Origin: Basidiobolus meristosporus CBS 931.73 | Taxonomy: Eukaryota > Fungi > Basidiobolomycota | Reading direction: 5' to 3' | Assembly (NCBI GenBank): GCA_002104905.1 | Contig: MCFE01000085.1 | Location: 62,001-126,000 of the forward strand | Length of the DNA stretch: 64,000 nucleotides | Shown: positions 11,860 to 25,674 of the stretch, one piece after another | Layout of the letters: each line of letters begins with the position of its first letter | How positions within the stretch are numbered: the first letter of the stretch is position 1 | Program-made: the position numbers and the translations under genes | Notes under the pieces: model-generated | The model's input: the letters and a program-made list of their open reading frames with translations, nothing else | Told to the model about the DNA's origin: nothing | The model's database searches: none

Positions 11860-12716
11860 CACTACAAACACACTAGTAGCCAAGAGGATAGTCAACAAGG
11901 AAGTAGCTTAAGTGTGCAAAGTGAATCACTACTAAATGCTTCAGTAGTAATCCCTGTGAGAAAAAAACCTAGGATAAGATGATGCAATTGCATCAAGTTA
12001 CTATTATTTGTCATGATTGAAACATCTCATTTTTTTGCAATCCAAGTTAAGCCATTGCAAATCAATGTTCACTATATTTTCGATATAAGCAATATCAAGG
12101 TAGCCTCACATTCAAGGCAGAATCCCTATAAGTAAACACCCTGCATATATATACATCATCTGTAACATTGGTGAAGCCATTTGACCTGTTTTGCACCTAT
12201 TTAATTGGTTGCATGCTAGCTACAACACAGTTTACAATTACTAGGATCATGATATTTACCTGCTCAATAAGCAAAATGGAATATTTGATGGCAAATCAGG
12301 TAGCTTGTGTATTGGTCAAAGAGCCAATTGGAAGCTGACAGTTTCAAGATACTTTTGGACAAATTAACGGATGGGATACCAGCCAATTGGAGCAATGGTA
12401 ACCAAAATGGCAAGTATCAGTGTAGTTTATGGTGTGATATGCATTTATTTCTGTTTATATGAAAGAAACATATCCAAATACTGGACTTTGGCTGCCATAA
12501 TAGCGGTATCCAATTGCACACATGATGCAAGCATTACAAGCTGGCCAATCATATATGCCAACCTCATTGTGTCAGATTGCGCCATACTGAGCAAGATTTT
12601 CTCACATGGTGCAATATTGTTCAGGAGCAATCCTGACTACTGGTAGCTATAAAATCATGCTGAGTTGTTATTAGAGACTGCAGACTGCACAGCATGCCCT
12701 GGCACAGTACAATGGA
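11860..12716 (+). repeat. Segment B (right arm), inverted relative to 9146-9990
   Basis: Begins with YKHTSSQEDSQQGSSLSVQSESLLNASVVIPVRKKPRIR*, the same C-terminus as ORF 9893-10477. DNA similarity continues to ...CCCTGGCACAGTACAA. Confidence 0.8.
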
Positions 12717-12749
12717 ACTGGTCTATTACAAATAAAGTTATGGCACCAT

Positions 12750-14976
12750 ATACACATGTATGTGTGACACTATTTCCCCTTTGGTTTGATTTACTTCCAT
12801 ATATATGCTGCCAAAAAACAAATCCTATGAGAGTGTAGCAAGCACAGTACCTTCAGTTGAAGACCAGCAAGTGGCTGTCATAACATCACCACCACCCAAA
12901 ATAGCAAGTATGTTGTCAGCTCATAACAAATCATAAATAAAGCAATTAGGTGCAGTGGCTGATAGAATAGATGCAATGGCCAGGAGAAATCAGGAAATAG
13001 TCCAGAAACAGGATGAGTAGATAGTATGTGTAGAGTAATCAATATCCCAGGTAGAGAAAGCAGTATCTTTGCTGCAAAGAAAAAACTCAAGTAGCTCAAT
13101 GTTACAGCCAAGAGTTGAGCCATTTCCTGATGTAAGAGCAGAGTAGCACCATACAGTAACCAAAGCACAACAATAGTGCACAAAGATAAACCCTACAGAA
13201 AACCTATCACAGAGTGTGAGGGAGATACTGTGGTGTTTACACCAAAGCCTAAAAATCAAAAGACATTGAGGATGATGAAGCTGTTTTGTGCAATAATGAA
13301 GAGTGAGCTAATATTGAAGAGGCCCTCAGAAGTCTAGAATGCCATTACCTTAAGGCTACCATACCATGGGACTATTGGGAACTCAAGGCCAAGCAGAATG
13401 CACTTAACTTGTTACATGAGCATTATCCTGGATTCAAATAGGCAAACAGATTTTGGGCCAGAATTGGTATGCTAAGAAAGTATCTTAAGAATAGCAGAAA
13501 CTATCAAAGGCAGAAGAACAAGGGTGCCATGGCCAATAGCCAGCGGCTTTCTCAAGAGCTCATTGCACGCAGGGCCAAAAGCTCCAGAGAAGTGTCAAAG
13601 AGATATCAGGTAGTTGGAAGAGTGCCAATTAGGGATAAGCAGACAGATACAGATTCATCAGCACAACATTTATCAAGAAAAAAGTAAAGTACAACTCAAG
13701 CAGCACTCAGTCAAAGTAGCAGTGAAAGACCTGGCAGTGATAAAAACCAGTGGCTTTTACAGGAGCCTGTCTCAACTACAGTTGAGAGCTCAAAGCCAGC
13801 CAAAAAGAAACATCAGGTTGCCAGAAGAGTGACAGCAAGGGACAAGTAGGCCAAAACAGATGCCATAGAGCAGAATTTGTCAAGGAGAAATGTAGCTCTT
13901 TACAAGGAGAACTCAGACAAAGCAGCAGTGAAAGACCTGGCAGTGACAAAAGAAAAGTAGAGGGAAAAAAGTCTACTCAAGCCTGAGACTGGGAGGCAAG
14001 CAAAAAAAACTGCAGTTCTTGCCTATTAATGCCGCAAGCTCAGAACAGACTAAATCTCATCCTAGCCAAGAAGTATTACCAACAAGAAAACAGCTCTTTA
14101 ACCAGAGTTGGAAATGCAGCCAGTTGCGCTGCACTCCAGCAAGATTGATGAGTTTACTGAAAAAGGCAATTTGTCTACCACAGCCTCCATATCCTCAGTT
14201 GCTGACAGAGCGGAGATCCAACTGATAGACAAGGCTACAATGCCAAGAGTTCAAAAGACTATCTAACACCTTCAGTGGAGTTTTGGAACATTAATAGGCA
14301 CACCAAGAGCTTGCCGCACTTCTGCAAGAGCAGTGCTCAAGAAAACACACAGGAATATTGCAAGGATCTATTGCAAAGACTGGCAGATGAGGTGCTAGAC
14401 CTTGCAGTGCCAGCTGAAGACCAGAACATGTGGGAACCAGTGAATGAACAATAGCACAAAGCTGTTGGGTTTCCACCAAAGTTGTGGAACTAGAGTGTTA
14501 AAGCAGAAATATTTGTTGGATGGTGGATTTTAATGGAGTCACTTGTTGAGTGTGGGGTTGGGCTTATTGCTAGTGTAGGGTATAGGGACTTGAATAGGCC
14601 AACATAATTGGCAATTGAGGTACAACTGAAGCTTCAATGGAAATAAATCAATTTGTATGCATGAAAAGTAAGAGAAACAGTTGAGTCAGGAAGTATAGAG
14701 CATTAAAAAGAGGCAATTGTCAATCAATGCACACAAATGTACGAGGCAATAGAGTGTCCAGGTTCAGAAAGTGAGCAAATTGGCAGGAAACCAATCAAAG
14801 GCCATTTAAACATTGTTGTGATGAGAAATTTTGACCAAGTTTTTTGTGAAATCTGAGGTGCAATTATTTTTAATGGTCTCTGGACAATGTCCTGACAGGA
14901 TCTGTACCGCTTAGTCACAGGACTCTAACTTTGTGACGGCCTTTTGACTGGAGCATCTCAATAATTCTTCATAAGG
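12750..14976 (+). mobile_element. CACTA-like family A, copy A3 (ORF2 with N-terminal deletion, right terminus)
   Basis: Colinear with 5180-7630 apart from a deletion; ends TTCTTCATAAGG (variant right TIR). Confidence 0.85.
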
Positions 14977-15478
14977 TCCTTCCACCATAAATCATGTATT
15001 AAGCCTGAAACTGTTCAAAGAGAGTACAGGAGATTTGTAATGACTGATGAGTATCAGACCCTGAAAAAAAATCAGTCTTAGGACATACTCAAGTTACCAA
15101 TTAATCAATTGCCAAATGAGTGCAAATACACCATGAGATCAAATACAAGGCTTATGGTACAGCTACATGATACAAAGGCCAACTTATATCAAAGGTTAAC
15201 CATCCAGCAAAGGGACCAGACTGCACTGAAGCCTTTACACAGATAGCTAAGTGTATATCCATCAGACTATTCTAGCTATTGCGGCCAAATATACAATTTA
15301 CCCATCAGTAAAATACATATGCAGCATCTTCAAGTTAGGTACCCAATGAGGATGTGTTTATAGCCTAGCTTGATTGGCTTGCAGACAAAGATAACCAACA
15401 TTTGGCCTGTATCTCAACAATAGTACTAAATAGTCTTAGAAACGCACCAAAAGCCTGAAATTGCCAGATAGCTTCTTG
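14977..15478 (+). pseudogene. Ty1/copia reverse-transcriptase remnant
   Basis: Degenerate DEYQTL.KNQS, IKYKAYGT...KG...KGPDCTEAF...SIR, and LRNAPKA*N, matching the N-terminal copia RT motifs. Confidence 0.6.
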
Positions 15479-16490
15479 TGTTACAATTCTTGGTATAAGA
15501 GTTGTAGAGGAATAGGGAGTTTAGCTAGTATTATTCATTAAAACTTGAACTGATTTTTATTGAGGTTCCAGCAGCTCCTTATATACATTTTGCCAGATCA
15601 ATTGCTGACTAATTGTATTTTCTAATGTAGGTTGTGGCTGATGACTCATTTGATTGCATCATCACCACCCAATAAGATCTTACTTAATATATCTATTTCA
15701 TTCTGATAAGGATCTGCTGATTCATTTGCTTACTAATGCTACTGATTTCATAGATAATACTGATATACTGATAACCTAAACACATACTAATTGATTTGAC
15801 AAAAACTGATCTAACTTAAACATTCAAGCGGCAGATAATAACATTCTCCCCTACTAAAGTTGAGAGGGTTCTCCTGAATCTCTTTTCTTGTGATACCAAT
15901 ATCTTGATGGTTCAGTATTATCAGCAAGTCTTGCAAGCTTGAGTCTGTCCCTATGCACTAAGTCTTCCTGGATATTGCCTTGTTTGTCCACCAGTTGGTA
16001 AGTTGCAAATGGACATTCTCTGATGATCTCGAATGGTCCCGTCCATTGTGGCTCAAACTTCTTCTGAGCGCTGTTTCTTAGCAATACAAAGTTCCCAACT
16101 GTCAATGCTTCTGGTGCTATAGTCTTATCAAATCTCTGCTTCATCTTTTCTGCACTTTGAGATACTTTGGTCCGTGCCTCTTGACGTCTTTGTTCCAGTT
16201 ACTGGTGTCTACTTGGCTGACTGAGTTCATCTTCTAAGGTGTCTGTAAGTTTTGGTTGTGTGAGATCTCCTGGAATCCTTGGCTCACATCCATAAACTAA
16301 GTAAAATGGTGATTGCTGGGTGGTGTTGTGTACTCTGACTCTGCATGCAAAGAGTGCTTGGTCTATATACTCATCCCATCTACTGACAACTCCATTTGCA
16401 TACTTGGTCAGCATTTTTCCAAATAATCCATTAAACCGCTCAGTGACTCCATTAGTTCTGGGGTGATATGCTGAGGTTTCAAAATGTACT
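15479..16490 (-). mobile_element. Ty3/gypsy 3' fragment: integrase C-terminus, PPT and LTR (15479-15843)
   Basis: ETSAYHPRTNGVTERFNG, ALFACRVRVHNTTQQSPFYLVYG, VGNFVLLR...KFEPQWTGPFEI...VHRDRLK (GPF motif). Purine tract GTAGGGGAGAA precedes the TGTTA... LTR on minus. The LTR matches 20461-20829. Confidence 0.85.
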
Positions 16491-16499
16491 CATTTCTAT

Positions 16500-18006
16500 A
16501 ATGTGAAATTCTCAAAGCATTTGTAGTAATAGATGGTACTATCAGGCCAAGATAGTGACTTGTTTAATTGCAACGTGTTGCTCACCATAGCTGATGGATT
16601 TAGGGCCTTGTAGGTACTGAGCACAAAGGGTATGTCTTCAGATTTTTTACTCTTATACACATCATGCACAGCTCTATACCATACAAAAGAGTCAAAAAGA
16701 GAATTATCTACAGGACAGTGAGAGAAACTAAAGAGGCACTTTGCATGGAGATATAGTACTAATCTTGTGTAGTTTGTTGCCTAGTTGAGGTCTGCCAGGT
16801 ATCTACAGGCAGATTCTGGGACTATGTGGCACTAATGAGTCAACAGGTTATTATTCTATGAAACAGCTCTACTATACTTAAAAGGAGTTGCCATCATAAG
16901 CTAAAGGTACTCACACAAGAGTTTTTAACAGGCTATTATGGAAACTCAGATGGTGGAGAGGGACAAAACATAGAGGACAGTAGATCCACTGTAGGATATG
17001 CCTTTTGTGACTATAAAGAAGCCATCTAATGGGAGTCAAAAAATCAACTTGCCTATGCATCATTCCCCACAGAGGCAGATTAAATACAGTGTGTGAGGCT
17101 GCAAAAGCAGCAATATAGTTAAGAAGTCTGCTTAATGTTAGAAGGATATGTCAAAAGCTCCTTCTATATATGTGATGATAATTACAAATGTTCATGATTA
17201 GGTAGTAAGCCACCTCATCACAATTGAACAAGGTACATTCATACTAGAAACCAACTTGCACTTGAGGTTATAGAGAGTAACTTAGTAGACTTAGTTTATT
17301 GTCCTGCCAATAAATTGATTGTAAACATATTGATCACCATCACCTCCAATTTCCCCAAAACTCTTACCACAAATAATGGTGTTTCTTGTAGTGGATCTAC
17401 TTCTTTGTCACTCTCCTAGCTCTCTTGCCTGTCAGGTCACCCTTCATTTGATATATACATGTTGGTAGATTATCATTGAAATTTAATAAAAAGCCCTATT
17501 ATAGATTATACAAATCTACACATGTCACATTACCCCAACTTAACATTGAGTATATTGTTTAACTCACTAAGCAACTCTAATAAGGCTAAGATCATAAACT
17601 GAGTCAGGAAAAAGAAATTATATAGAAGAGGGGGAGTGATGATATATGGGACTATTTGGTATCATTCAGCAGCTAAAAATTTACTTAGCAATTCTAGTCT
17701 AGTCTTGGTCACTGTAGGACTAACTTACAGCTCTAACTTTGCCACTGTCTTCAGATCTATGATCCTATTATTATTAACTCATTGTCTAGATCAAATTAGC
17801 CCTGTTACCAAATTATATGTACTAACCCTGAAGCTGTTACAGAGTGCTTCTGAATGTTGAGAAACCCCCCTTACTTAGTGTTGCAGCTGAATTACTTCTA
17901 CAAAGGACACAAATGCTTAGCATCTTTATGAATCCACAACAGTTAAGCTATTATCAGTATTTCTTGATAAGTTCCTTATATTAAAATCACTGCTTAAATT
18001 GCAACA
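16500..18006 (+). mobile_element. Decayed copia (family C1) 3' part: RNase H, PPT and 3' LTR (17637-18006)
   Basis: Traces of RNase H (RSTVGY, W.SK.Q, TEA, EAAKAAI), then AGAGGGGGAG followed by a 370-bp block that is the reverse complement of LTR 26340-26708. Confidence 0.75.
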
Positions 18007-18009
18007 GCT

Positions 18010-18757
18010 TTACCTTAGGGAGTACACTCCAGAGCAGATGTATGTGGAGCCAGAAAGACTTGTCATATTGTGGGTACTACCATATTCCAATTCCATGAAT
18101 AGTATAACTTTCCTTTCTGTCTTATAAATGATAAGTTGGCACATAGAGGTCAGCCACAATGTGTTGAAAAATACTCAGCATAGATGTGCACATGGTGGTA
18201 CGCATTTCATGGTCATTGAGAAGTTGGACAGTCCCAGGGCATGGTGAATAAGTTTAGAAGTGCAAAGTTGGGTTTGATGCAACAGATAGAGATTGTAGAG
18301 CATCCCATCATGGTGGCTGACCTGATCTTGTTGCAGTACCACTGTAAGGCTGCACCTGCTTAGTAAAAAGCTGCATAATGCAAATTGCTTTCTGGTGGAA
18401 TTCCCTTAGCCTTCAAAGCTTCTTTGATAAGGAAGAGTCAAGTTCCCAGATTTTCACTGACTCTACCATGGTACCAGTTGACCTTCACACTCAAGTTGTT
18501 CTTGACAGGGTTTTGCTGGCTAAGAGTCAGGGTTGACTGTTGCTGTTGGGCCAGGATTTGCTGCAAACAATTCTTCCATACTTGATTCTGTGACATCCTG
18601 TGGAAGACTTCTTTTTTCTACAAGGGGGAGGTGTCTGGTAGTTGCTGCTACCAATGTTACAACTCTTGATAAAGAATTGTAGAGCACTAGAGAGTTTAAC
18701 CAGTATGGTATTCTTTGAAACTTGGACCAATTCTATTGAGGTTCCAGCAGCTCCAGC
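18010..18757 (+). mobile_element. Heavily decayed gypsy-like remnant with PPT (18622-18631) and a truncated LTR piece (18655-18757)
   Basis: Weak RNase H-like peptides. AAGGGGGAGG is followed by TG. 18655-18757 matches the start of LTR 15479/20461. Confidence 0.4.
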
Positions 18758-20093
18758 CAGCACTTCAAAGTATAGCACCTCATCTGCCAGTCTTTGCAAT
18801 AAGTCAATGCTATATTCAAGCATGTTTTCTTGAGCACTGCTTTTGAAGAAGTACTGCAACCTCTTGGTATGCCTATTAATGCTCCAAAGTTCCACTGAAG
18901 GCCTTGTGATAACCTTATGAGTTCTTGACATTGTTACTTTGTCTGTGAGTGGGGTCACCACTCTTTCAACAATGAAGGACATGAATGCTGTGGTAGACAA
19001 ATTGTCTTTCTCTGCAGCTCATCTACCTCCCTGGAGTATAGGTCAAGTGGTTGCACTTCCAAATATTAAGAAAGCAGCTTTTTCTTGTTGTTAATTCTTC
19101 TGGGCTATGGGGACTTGGCCTGTCCTGGGCTAATGGTGTTTATTGACAATGACTGCAGCTTTTTCTTACCCTTTGCATTCTCTACTTTGGCTATACTTTT
19201 TTCCCTTACCTTTCCTTTATCACTGCCAGGTCTTTCACTGCAACTTTGTCTGAGTGCTTCTTGTATCAAACTATACTGTTGCCTTGTCAAATGCTATTCT
19301 GATATATCTGTTTTGGCATATTTGTCCCTTACCAGCATTCTGCTGGCTACCTGATGTTTCTTTGCCACTAGTTGTGAACATTCAGCCCTAGTAGCAATAG
19401 GTTCCCAAGGATACTACTGGTTTCTATCACTGTCAGGTCCTTCCCTGCAACCTTCATTGAGTGTCTGTTGAGTGAAACTATTCTTTTTGTTGCTAAATAT
19501 TGTGCTGTTGCCCCTGCATCTACCTGCTTGTCCCCTAGCAACACTCTTCTAGCTACCTGATACATCTTTGATACTGGTTTAGAGCTTTTGGGTCCACTGG
19601 TATCAGGCTCTTGAGGAAGCTGCTGGTTTTTAGCTATTACATCCTTGTTATTCTGCCTTTGATGGTTTCTGCTCTTCTTGAGATAATCTCTTGGCATACT
19701 AATGCTGACTTAAGGCTTGTTTGCTTGTTTGAATCCAGAATATTACTCATGGAGCAAGCTAAGCACATATTACTTGGCCTTAGTTCCTGATTGTCCCATG
19801 GTACATTAGCCTTAAGGTGATGGTATGCTAGATTTCTAATTGCCAGCTAATTATTGGCCCACTCCCATCATTGCACTCAATAGCTTCACAGAACCCCAAT
19901 GTCATTTGATTTGGGGTTTCTCTGCTTTTACATTGGGGAGTGGCTCAATTCTTGAGTGTGACATTGAGCTACTCCAGTACCTTCTTTGCAGTAAAGATGC
20001 TGCATTCTCTACCCATTATACAGATTGCTCTACATGCATAATCTGTCCATCCTGTTTCTTGGCTATTTTCTGATTGCTCTGGACCATTGTACT

Positions 20094-20394
20094 GCCTAAT
20101 AAAAAAATATGAAAAGGCCAGCAGAATAACATCACAATATCAGCTGAATTCCGAGTTCCCTAAATTGCCAACCCTCATATCTCCAGTGCCAGCTGATAGG
20201 CAGCCTAGGAGACATATTAGATCTACTTTCATCAATATCAAAGCAGATAGATACCTCCCCACTGTTTTCAGCAAAAATTACATTGGAAAATTAGAAATGA
20301 ATACACCGGTGGTATATCCAGATATACTCTTAGAATACCAGCAAAATGCCAGCTGAAAATCAGAGGAATTCCAAATTTGAGATATTTCATGCAG
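20094..20394 (+). mobile_element. MITE copy 2 (diverged termini) inserted in A4 ORF2
   Basis: Colinear with 2837-3154 (CCTAATAAAAAAA...ATCAGCTGAATTCC...AGAATACCAGC...TTTCAT). ORF2 resumes on both sides; the TSD is not clear. Confidence 0.7.
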
Positions 20395-20460
20395 ATCTAT
20401 CCTATCAGCTCTTGTGTGCCTTTGTGATGCTTTGGTATGAGCTGACAACATACTTGCTAA

Positions 20461-20829
20461 TGTTACAAGTCTTGGTGTAAGAGTTGTAGAGGAATAGGAA
20501 GTTTAGCTAGTATTGTATTCACTGAAACCTGAACTGATCTTTATTGAGATTCCAGCAGCTCCTTACATACATTTTGCCAGATCAATTGCTGACTAATTGT
20601 ATTTCCCAATGTAGGCTGTGGCTGATGACTCATTTGATTTCATCATCATCACCCAGTGAGATCCTACCCAATTTATCTATCTCTGTCCAATAAGGATCTG
20701 CTGATTCATTTGTTGGCCAATGCTACTGATCTGATAGATAATACTGATATACTGATAACCTAAGCATATAACTAATTGATTTAGCTAGAAACTGGTCTAA
20801 CTTAATCATTCAAGCGGCAGATCATAACA
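20461..20829 (-). mobile_element. Solo LTR (gypsy family of 15479) with 4-bp TSD
   Basis: TGTTA...TAACA, 369 bp, flanked by CTAA/CTAA. The host ORF2 rejoins as CTTGCTAATA. Confidence 0.9.
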
Positions 20830-22024
20830 CTAATACATGTGGTGGTTATGGGATGATGGTTACCTGCTAGTTCTCAACCAAAGGTACGGTGCTTGCTACA
20901 CTCATCTACCTGAGTATAATGGTCAGCCTGTGGGTTAACAGATATTCTCATTTCCCTACTTGGCTGAGAGCCTGAGCTGTCAGCGTTTATTACAGTTAGT
21001 ACACTGCTAACATTGCCTTTTTTCATTGAAGCCTTGCTGGTTGCACTGAGTGTCAAAGTAAGTTGCTGTCCAACTGTTCACCTACTGATGTCAACAATGA
21101 GGCTTGGTTGGTTGCCACATGACACTGCTTTATTTCTTGGCAGCATATATATGGAAGTGATTGAAACCAAAGGGTAAGTAGTATTACATATTTTTGTGTA
21201 TGTGGTGCCACAACTTTATTTGTAAAGCTTTCTACGGCGGGTCATCATTGAATCTTACATTCTTGCAGGTACAATGTCTCAGATGTAAGACTGTCTCATG
21301 TTCACATGAGCATTGACAAACTGTGATGAAGTAGTGTTATGCTGCCAAGTGCCACACTGTTTGCCCATGGAGAAGACTGCCATGATTTAATGCAGTCAGA
21401 GAAGAGAAAAGAGACCAGATGGTTACTGCATCAAGCCTCTCAGCCATAATGCATGCAAACATCAGAAAATGCCACCATTGTAAGGTGTCCAACTTGTCAT
21501 GAATCCACCAACATAGGAGGAAAACATTGTTAACACTCTGGACATATTCCTGTAATGCCCTATCTGAAGCAGCTCATGCAGTCCAGGAAATATTGTGAAA
21601 CTATTAAGTGCTGCACTAAGTATTAATCAAGCTCAAACAATTCTGATACACTTGATGACAAATTCACTAAAAGCTAAGATGCAATGGCTACTTTGAAGAT
21701 ATGTATAAGCATGCCTTTGCCTTGGTACTTGTTGGGTTCTCATTGAACAAGTATGTTACCAGCAGATCCTGCTGGCCACTGATTTGCACTGCCATGAGTC
21801 TGCCACTAGTCATTTTTAGTGAGGGAATTGTAGCTTTTTCTTAGTTCAGACCAATTAAGTACTCCTTGGCAATTGTTTGGCTTGGTCTTCCTATACGCAG
21901 GCTTTACATTGCTCCAAATTGCCTGGGCATCAACTTTTCATCTGGAAACTAGATAATTATTAATTATTTTAGGCAAATAATCAAATTGATGTGTCCTAAT
22001 ATCCTGTGCCAAAGCATTGGTGCT

Positions 22025-25000
22025 TTTATATCTAAGAGGAAAGTGTAATTAAGTTCTTGACTGGTCTGGCTGAACCAAAGGGCCAGTTAAATGCTGTATC
22101 TTAGAATTGCCATAAAGGTTTGTATCTAATATTGGTATTTCTTATGGCTGGCCTTGGCTACAAAGGCTACAGAGTTGGTGTGCTATACATGCTAAGCTTG
22201 GTGTTCTTAGGAGTTCTAGATGTGCTAGGCTTATGTGGAAAGTATAGTAGAATTACTGAAGTCTTATTCTGCTGAGACATAATCTTACTCTTGTAAAGAC
22301 ACACACTGAGCCAACAGGTTCATTAAGCTTATACATTCACAATCAAGTTGAATTAGTAAGAGCCAAGAGACTGGACAAATTGAAGTTAGTTAAGGTGCTG
22401 ATATGTGCATATATTAAATGAAATTTGCATCAACAACCATCTGATATCTTGGCAACTGCCAAGTGGTTGGATAGATATCAGATAACTAATCACTTCAAGA
22501 GTCTTGATAGATCAGATGAGAATGTAGTAATCATACGAGAATGAATTAGGTGTGGCATCTAAAAGTAGATTCTGAGAAGTTATAAATCAGGCATAACTGG
22601 GATCAGGTATGCTTGGGTTGGCAAAAATCAGTTAGGATACTGGATCTTCTAACGGAATAAAATTGGCTAAGTTTTGAATGTTGATGCACAATATCACTTT
22701 CTGCTGGAAGAGGAGCTTTCTGATACCTTTTGGGTTCCCCTACAGCTTCAGTTTTGGTCAATAATGGCAACATCATCAAAGTTAATGTAAGGTTCCCAGG
22801 TGTGGTGTTTGGCATGACAACCTTACCATTTGACCAAATACCACAACTTTGTTCTTCATCATAATCCGCAATAGCTTCAACCTCTAAGGATTCTGAAGTT
22901 ACCAAGTTTTGTGATATAAGTTTAAGTGAAGAAGGTGGAAAGTTCTTGGGTAGCAGTGCTCTAGTGTGGCCTTCAAGGAAATAAGATTCTTCAGCAGTTT
23001 TTCTGACAATTTTTGAATGAGCCTTCATATTTGGGGACAAGTCTAGATTTTTGTATAGGATCATGTGTCATGATGTATGACCCGTATGGGAAGCTGCTGT
23101 TCCTCTGCTGAGGTTTATTTTGAAGTCATCTTTTGCTATAAGGCTTTACTTCTGGCACTGATAGAAGGGTGGACAATGTTGGCAAGGCACTCAAGTTGGT
23201 CCTTTAACTGTTCTGTATTTAACTTTGCTAACCCTGTATTCTGGCTGTCTCCAAAGTGGTTGAATCTTCTTCCTAACAATAAAGAAAATGTTACTGATCC
23301 ATGTAGAGCTGCAAAATCAATGCTGGTAACATACTGGACAGTAGGAATGTGTTCTAATTCTTCTTGGAACCTCTGATACATTTCCTGATGATGTATACTG
23401 AGGACTGAGCATGTCTTTCAGCAAGTCCATTATTTTTGGGATAATATGCAATGATCAGATGGTAATCAATGTCACTTTTTGGGAAAAGGCCATTGATCAT
23501 ATGATCCGCAAGTACTCTTCCATTATCTAATAGAATGACCTTGGGGATTCCAGAGAGTCAGCAGAGCTTGTATAGTGCTTGTGCAGCAGTGACAGCATAT
23601 TTGTCTGGGATAGCTTTAAGGAAGACAGAATATGTGCAGACATCCATATTTATAAAGAGGTAGTGATTACCATCACCTCTAGTGGTGAGAAGTCAGCTAG
23701 ATCAATTGCAATAGGTTCCATAGGAAGGCTTGCATCAATGGGACTCAAAGGGTGAGGTCTATAACAACTGATATTGTGAAGTTGATATTCTCTGCATGAC
23801 TTGACAAGTTCTAGGTAGTCAGCTTTAATACTTGGCCAGTGATATGCATCCAAGTGCAGCTTCATTATAAGTGTGTCAGCTCCAAAGTGGCCAAGTAAAT
23901 GACTCCTCTATCAATGTTTTTCTTTTATCTGCATGAGGGATTTGCCAAGTTGCTAAATCCAGCTTGGGAACTATTTTGGAAGTTGCAGTGAGTTCAATGA
24001 TTATGTCAGCAATCACATGTCCCTCCCAAGGCAAAGTTGAAAAAGTCTTGAACAATGGTCTGGCAGAATGTTGGGAATTCCTGAGCAATACAAAGTGTAA
24101 TATTCATAATCAAGTAGAGTGTCAAGCAAGTTGGTATACATTGGAGTCAGAGTCTTTTGAGTGTGGATAAAGACAAGTTCTTGGTAGGGAGTGTTTAAGG
24201 TAAAAGGGTTACCCCATTGGTACTGATGAAACGTCCTAAAGGCAAAGACTATTGCAAGTAGCTTCTTCTTGGTGGCTGAGTAGTTTCTTTCAGCAGGTTG
24301 TAGTAATCTGGCTTGAAAGAGTACCAGTGAGGCAGATTTTGTTCTTCATCCTGTTAGAGAACTGCCCCTATCCCAACATCAGATGCATCAGTAGCAACAA
24401 CAAAGGGCATAGTAAAGTCTGGGTAGCATGTGGTATGTGCCTGTGGAAGCAATTGGCAAAATGACTAAAATGCTTGGGCACAAGTCTTGTTCCAGACTGA
24501 GGGGAGATTTTGAGGCAGGCAAAACTGCACTTTTCAGCATTGAGAATTAGTCCAGCAAAATCAGTCTATTAATTACATCAGTGGTGTGAGTAGAATGATC
24601 ATCCAGATTTGTGGAAAATATATGAACGTCATCTACAAATAACAATGTGTAGGGGCATTCCTGAGTATTATAGTCATGATGCCCTGCAGCTTGCTGGTCT
24701 GAGTTTTAGCCCAAAGGGAGCTTCCTGAAACATCCATTGCATATTATTCCAAGGGCATCTACCAGGTGCCAACAGGAATGCGGAATTGGGTATTGTTTCC
24801 TCCATGTTGACTCTCCAGGTGGTATTTCAAATGTAACAATTGGCTCAAGATTTGTGCACAAACTTTCCTGGGAATAGCTTGGTTTCCTTCTATGGCTGGC
24901 TAAATATCCCCTTTAACTGATTGACAATATTCTTGAAATGCTAGGGGTGATTCTTCTTTGGTTGGAATGTAAAGTGATTGAATGTAACACAGCTACACAA

Positions 25001-25674
25001 AAAAAGATGTTGTATTCAAGACAAAAGTGTAATAAAACTCTTGAATTCTTTGACTTAATCAAAGGGTCAATGAAGTGCTGAATCTTAGCATTGACAGACA
25101 GTGGTAGAAATACTTGTAGAGAGATTCTGGTCTAATTTTGATATTTCATATAGATGGGTGTGGCTATAAAGACAACAGAGTTGCTTTGCTATACAGGCTA
25201 GGCTTGGGTTGAGACTAGAGCAGGATTGTTGAATTGTTGATTTTGCTGGGACACAATCTTATTTTTTGTTGTGACAAACACTAAACCATGAGATTTGGTA
25301 TACTTTATTTATAGTCTTCTGATCAAGTTGTACCAGTGAGCACCAAGAGACTAGACTAATTGAAATCTGTTTCACAGCTGATAGGTGCATAAGATTAATG
25401 AAAATTATATCAAGAATCATCTGATGTCTTGGCAACTGAGTTGTGGTTGGATAGCTCTCAGATGGCTAACCATTCAGAAAAACTTAGCATATCTGTTGAG
25501 ATTGTAATCACCACATGAGAATGGATCAGGTGTGCCAGCTAAAGATAGACTTTGAGAAGTGATAGAATTAACCATAACTGGGATTAGTCATGCTTGGGTC
25601 AGGGAAAATCAGTTAGGTTACCAGATCTTGTAACAGAGCAATATTGGCTAAGTCTTAAATGTTGATGTACAACA
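22025..25674 (-). mobile_element. Chromovirus-type Ty3/gypsy element, internally deleted, two LTRs (22025-22693, 25008-25674)
   Basis: RT LFVDDVHI (~24.63 kb), integrase Zn finger (DAYHWPSIKAD...KSCREYQ) and core, and chromodomain EVEAI...YLVKW*G...TWEP..NFDD (~22.75-22.9 kb). TSD GTGCT/GTGCT. The flanks (21900-22024, 25675-25780) rejoin as a copia C2 pre-integrase segment matching 44360-44580. Confidence 0.88.

Larger units (their letters stand above)
18758..21900 (-). mobile_element. CACTA-like family A, copy A4 in reverse orientation (ORF2 on -, deleted transposase on +)
   Basis: 18758-21150 is the reverse complement of ORF2. 21470-21850 encodes transposase peptides (GHIPVMPYLKQLMQSRKYC, CWPLI). 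It carries a MITE and a solo LTR. Confidence 0.8.
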
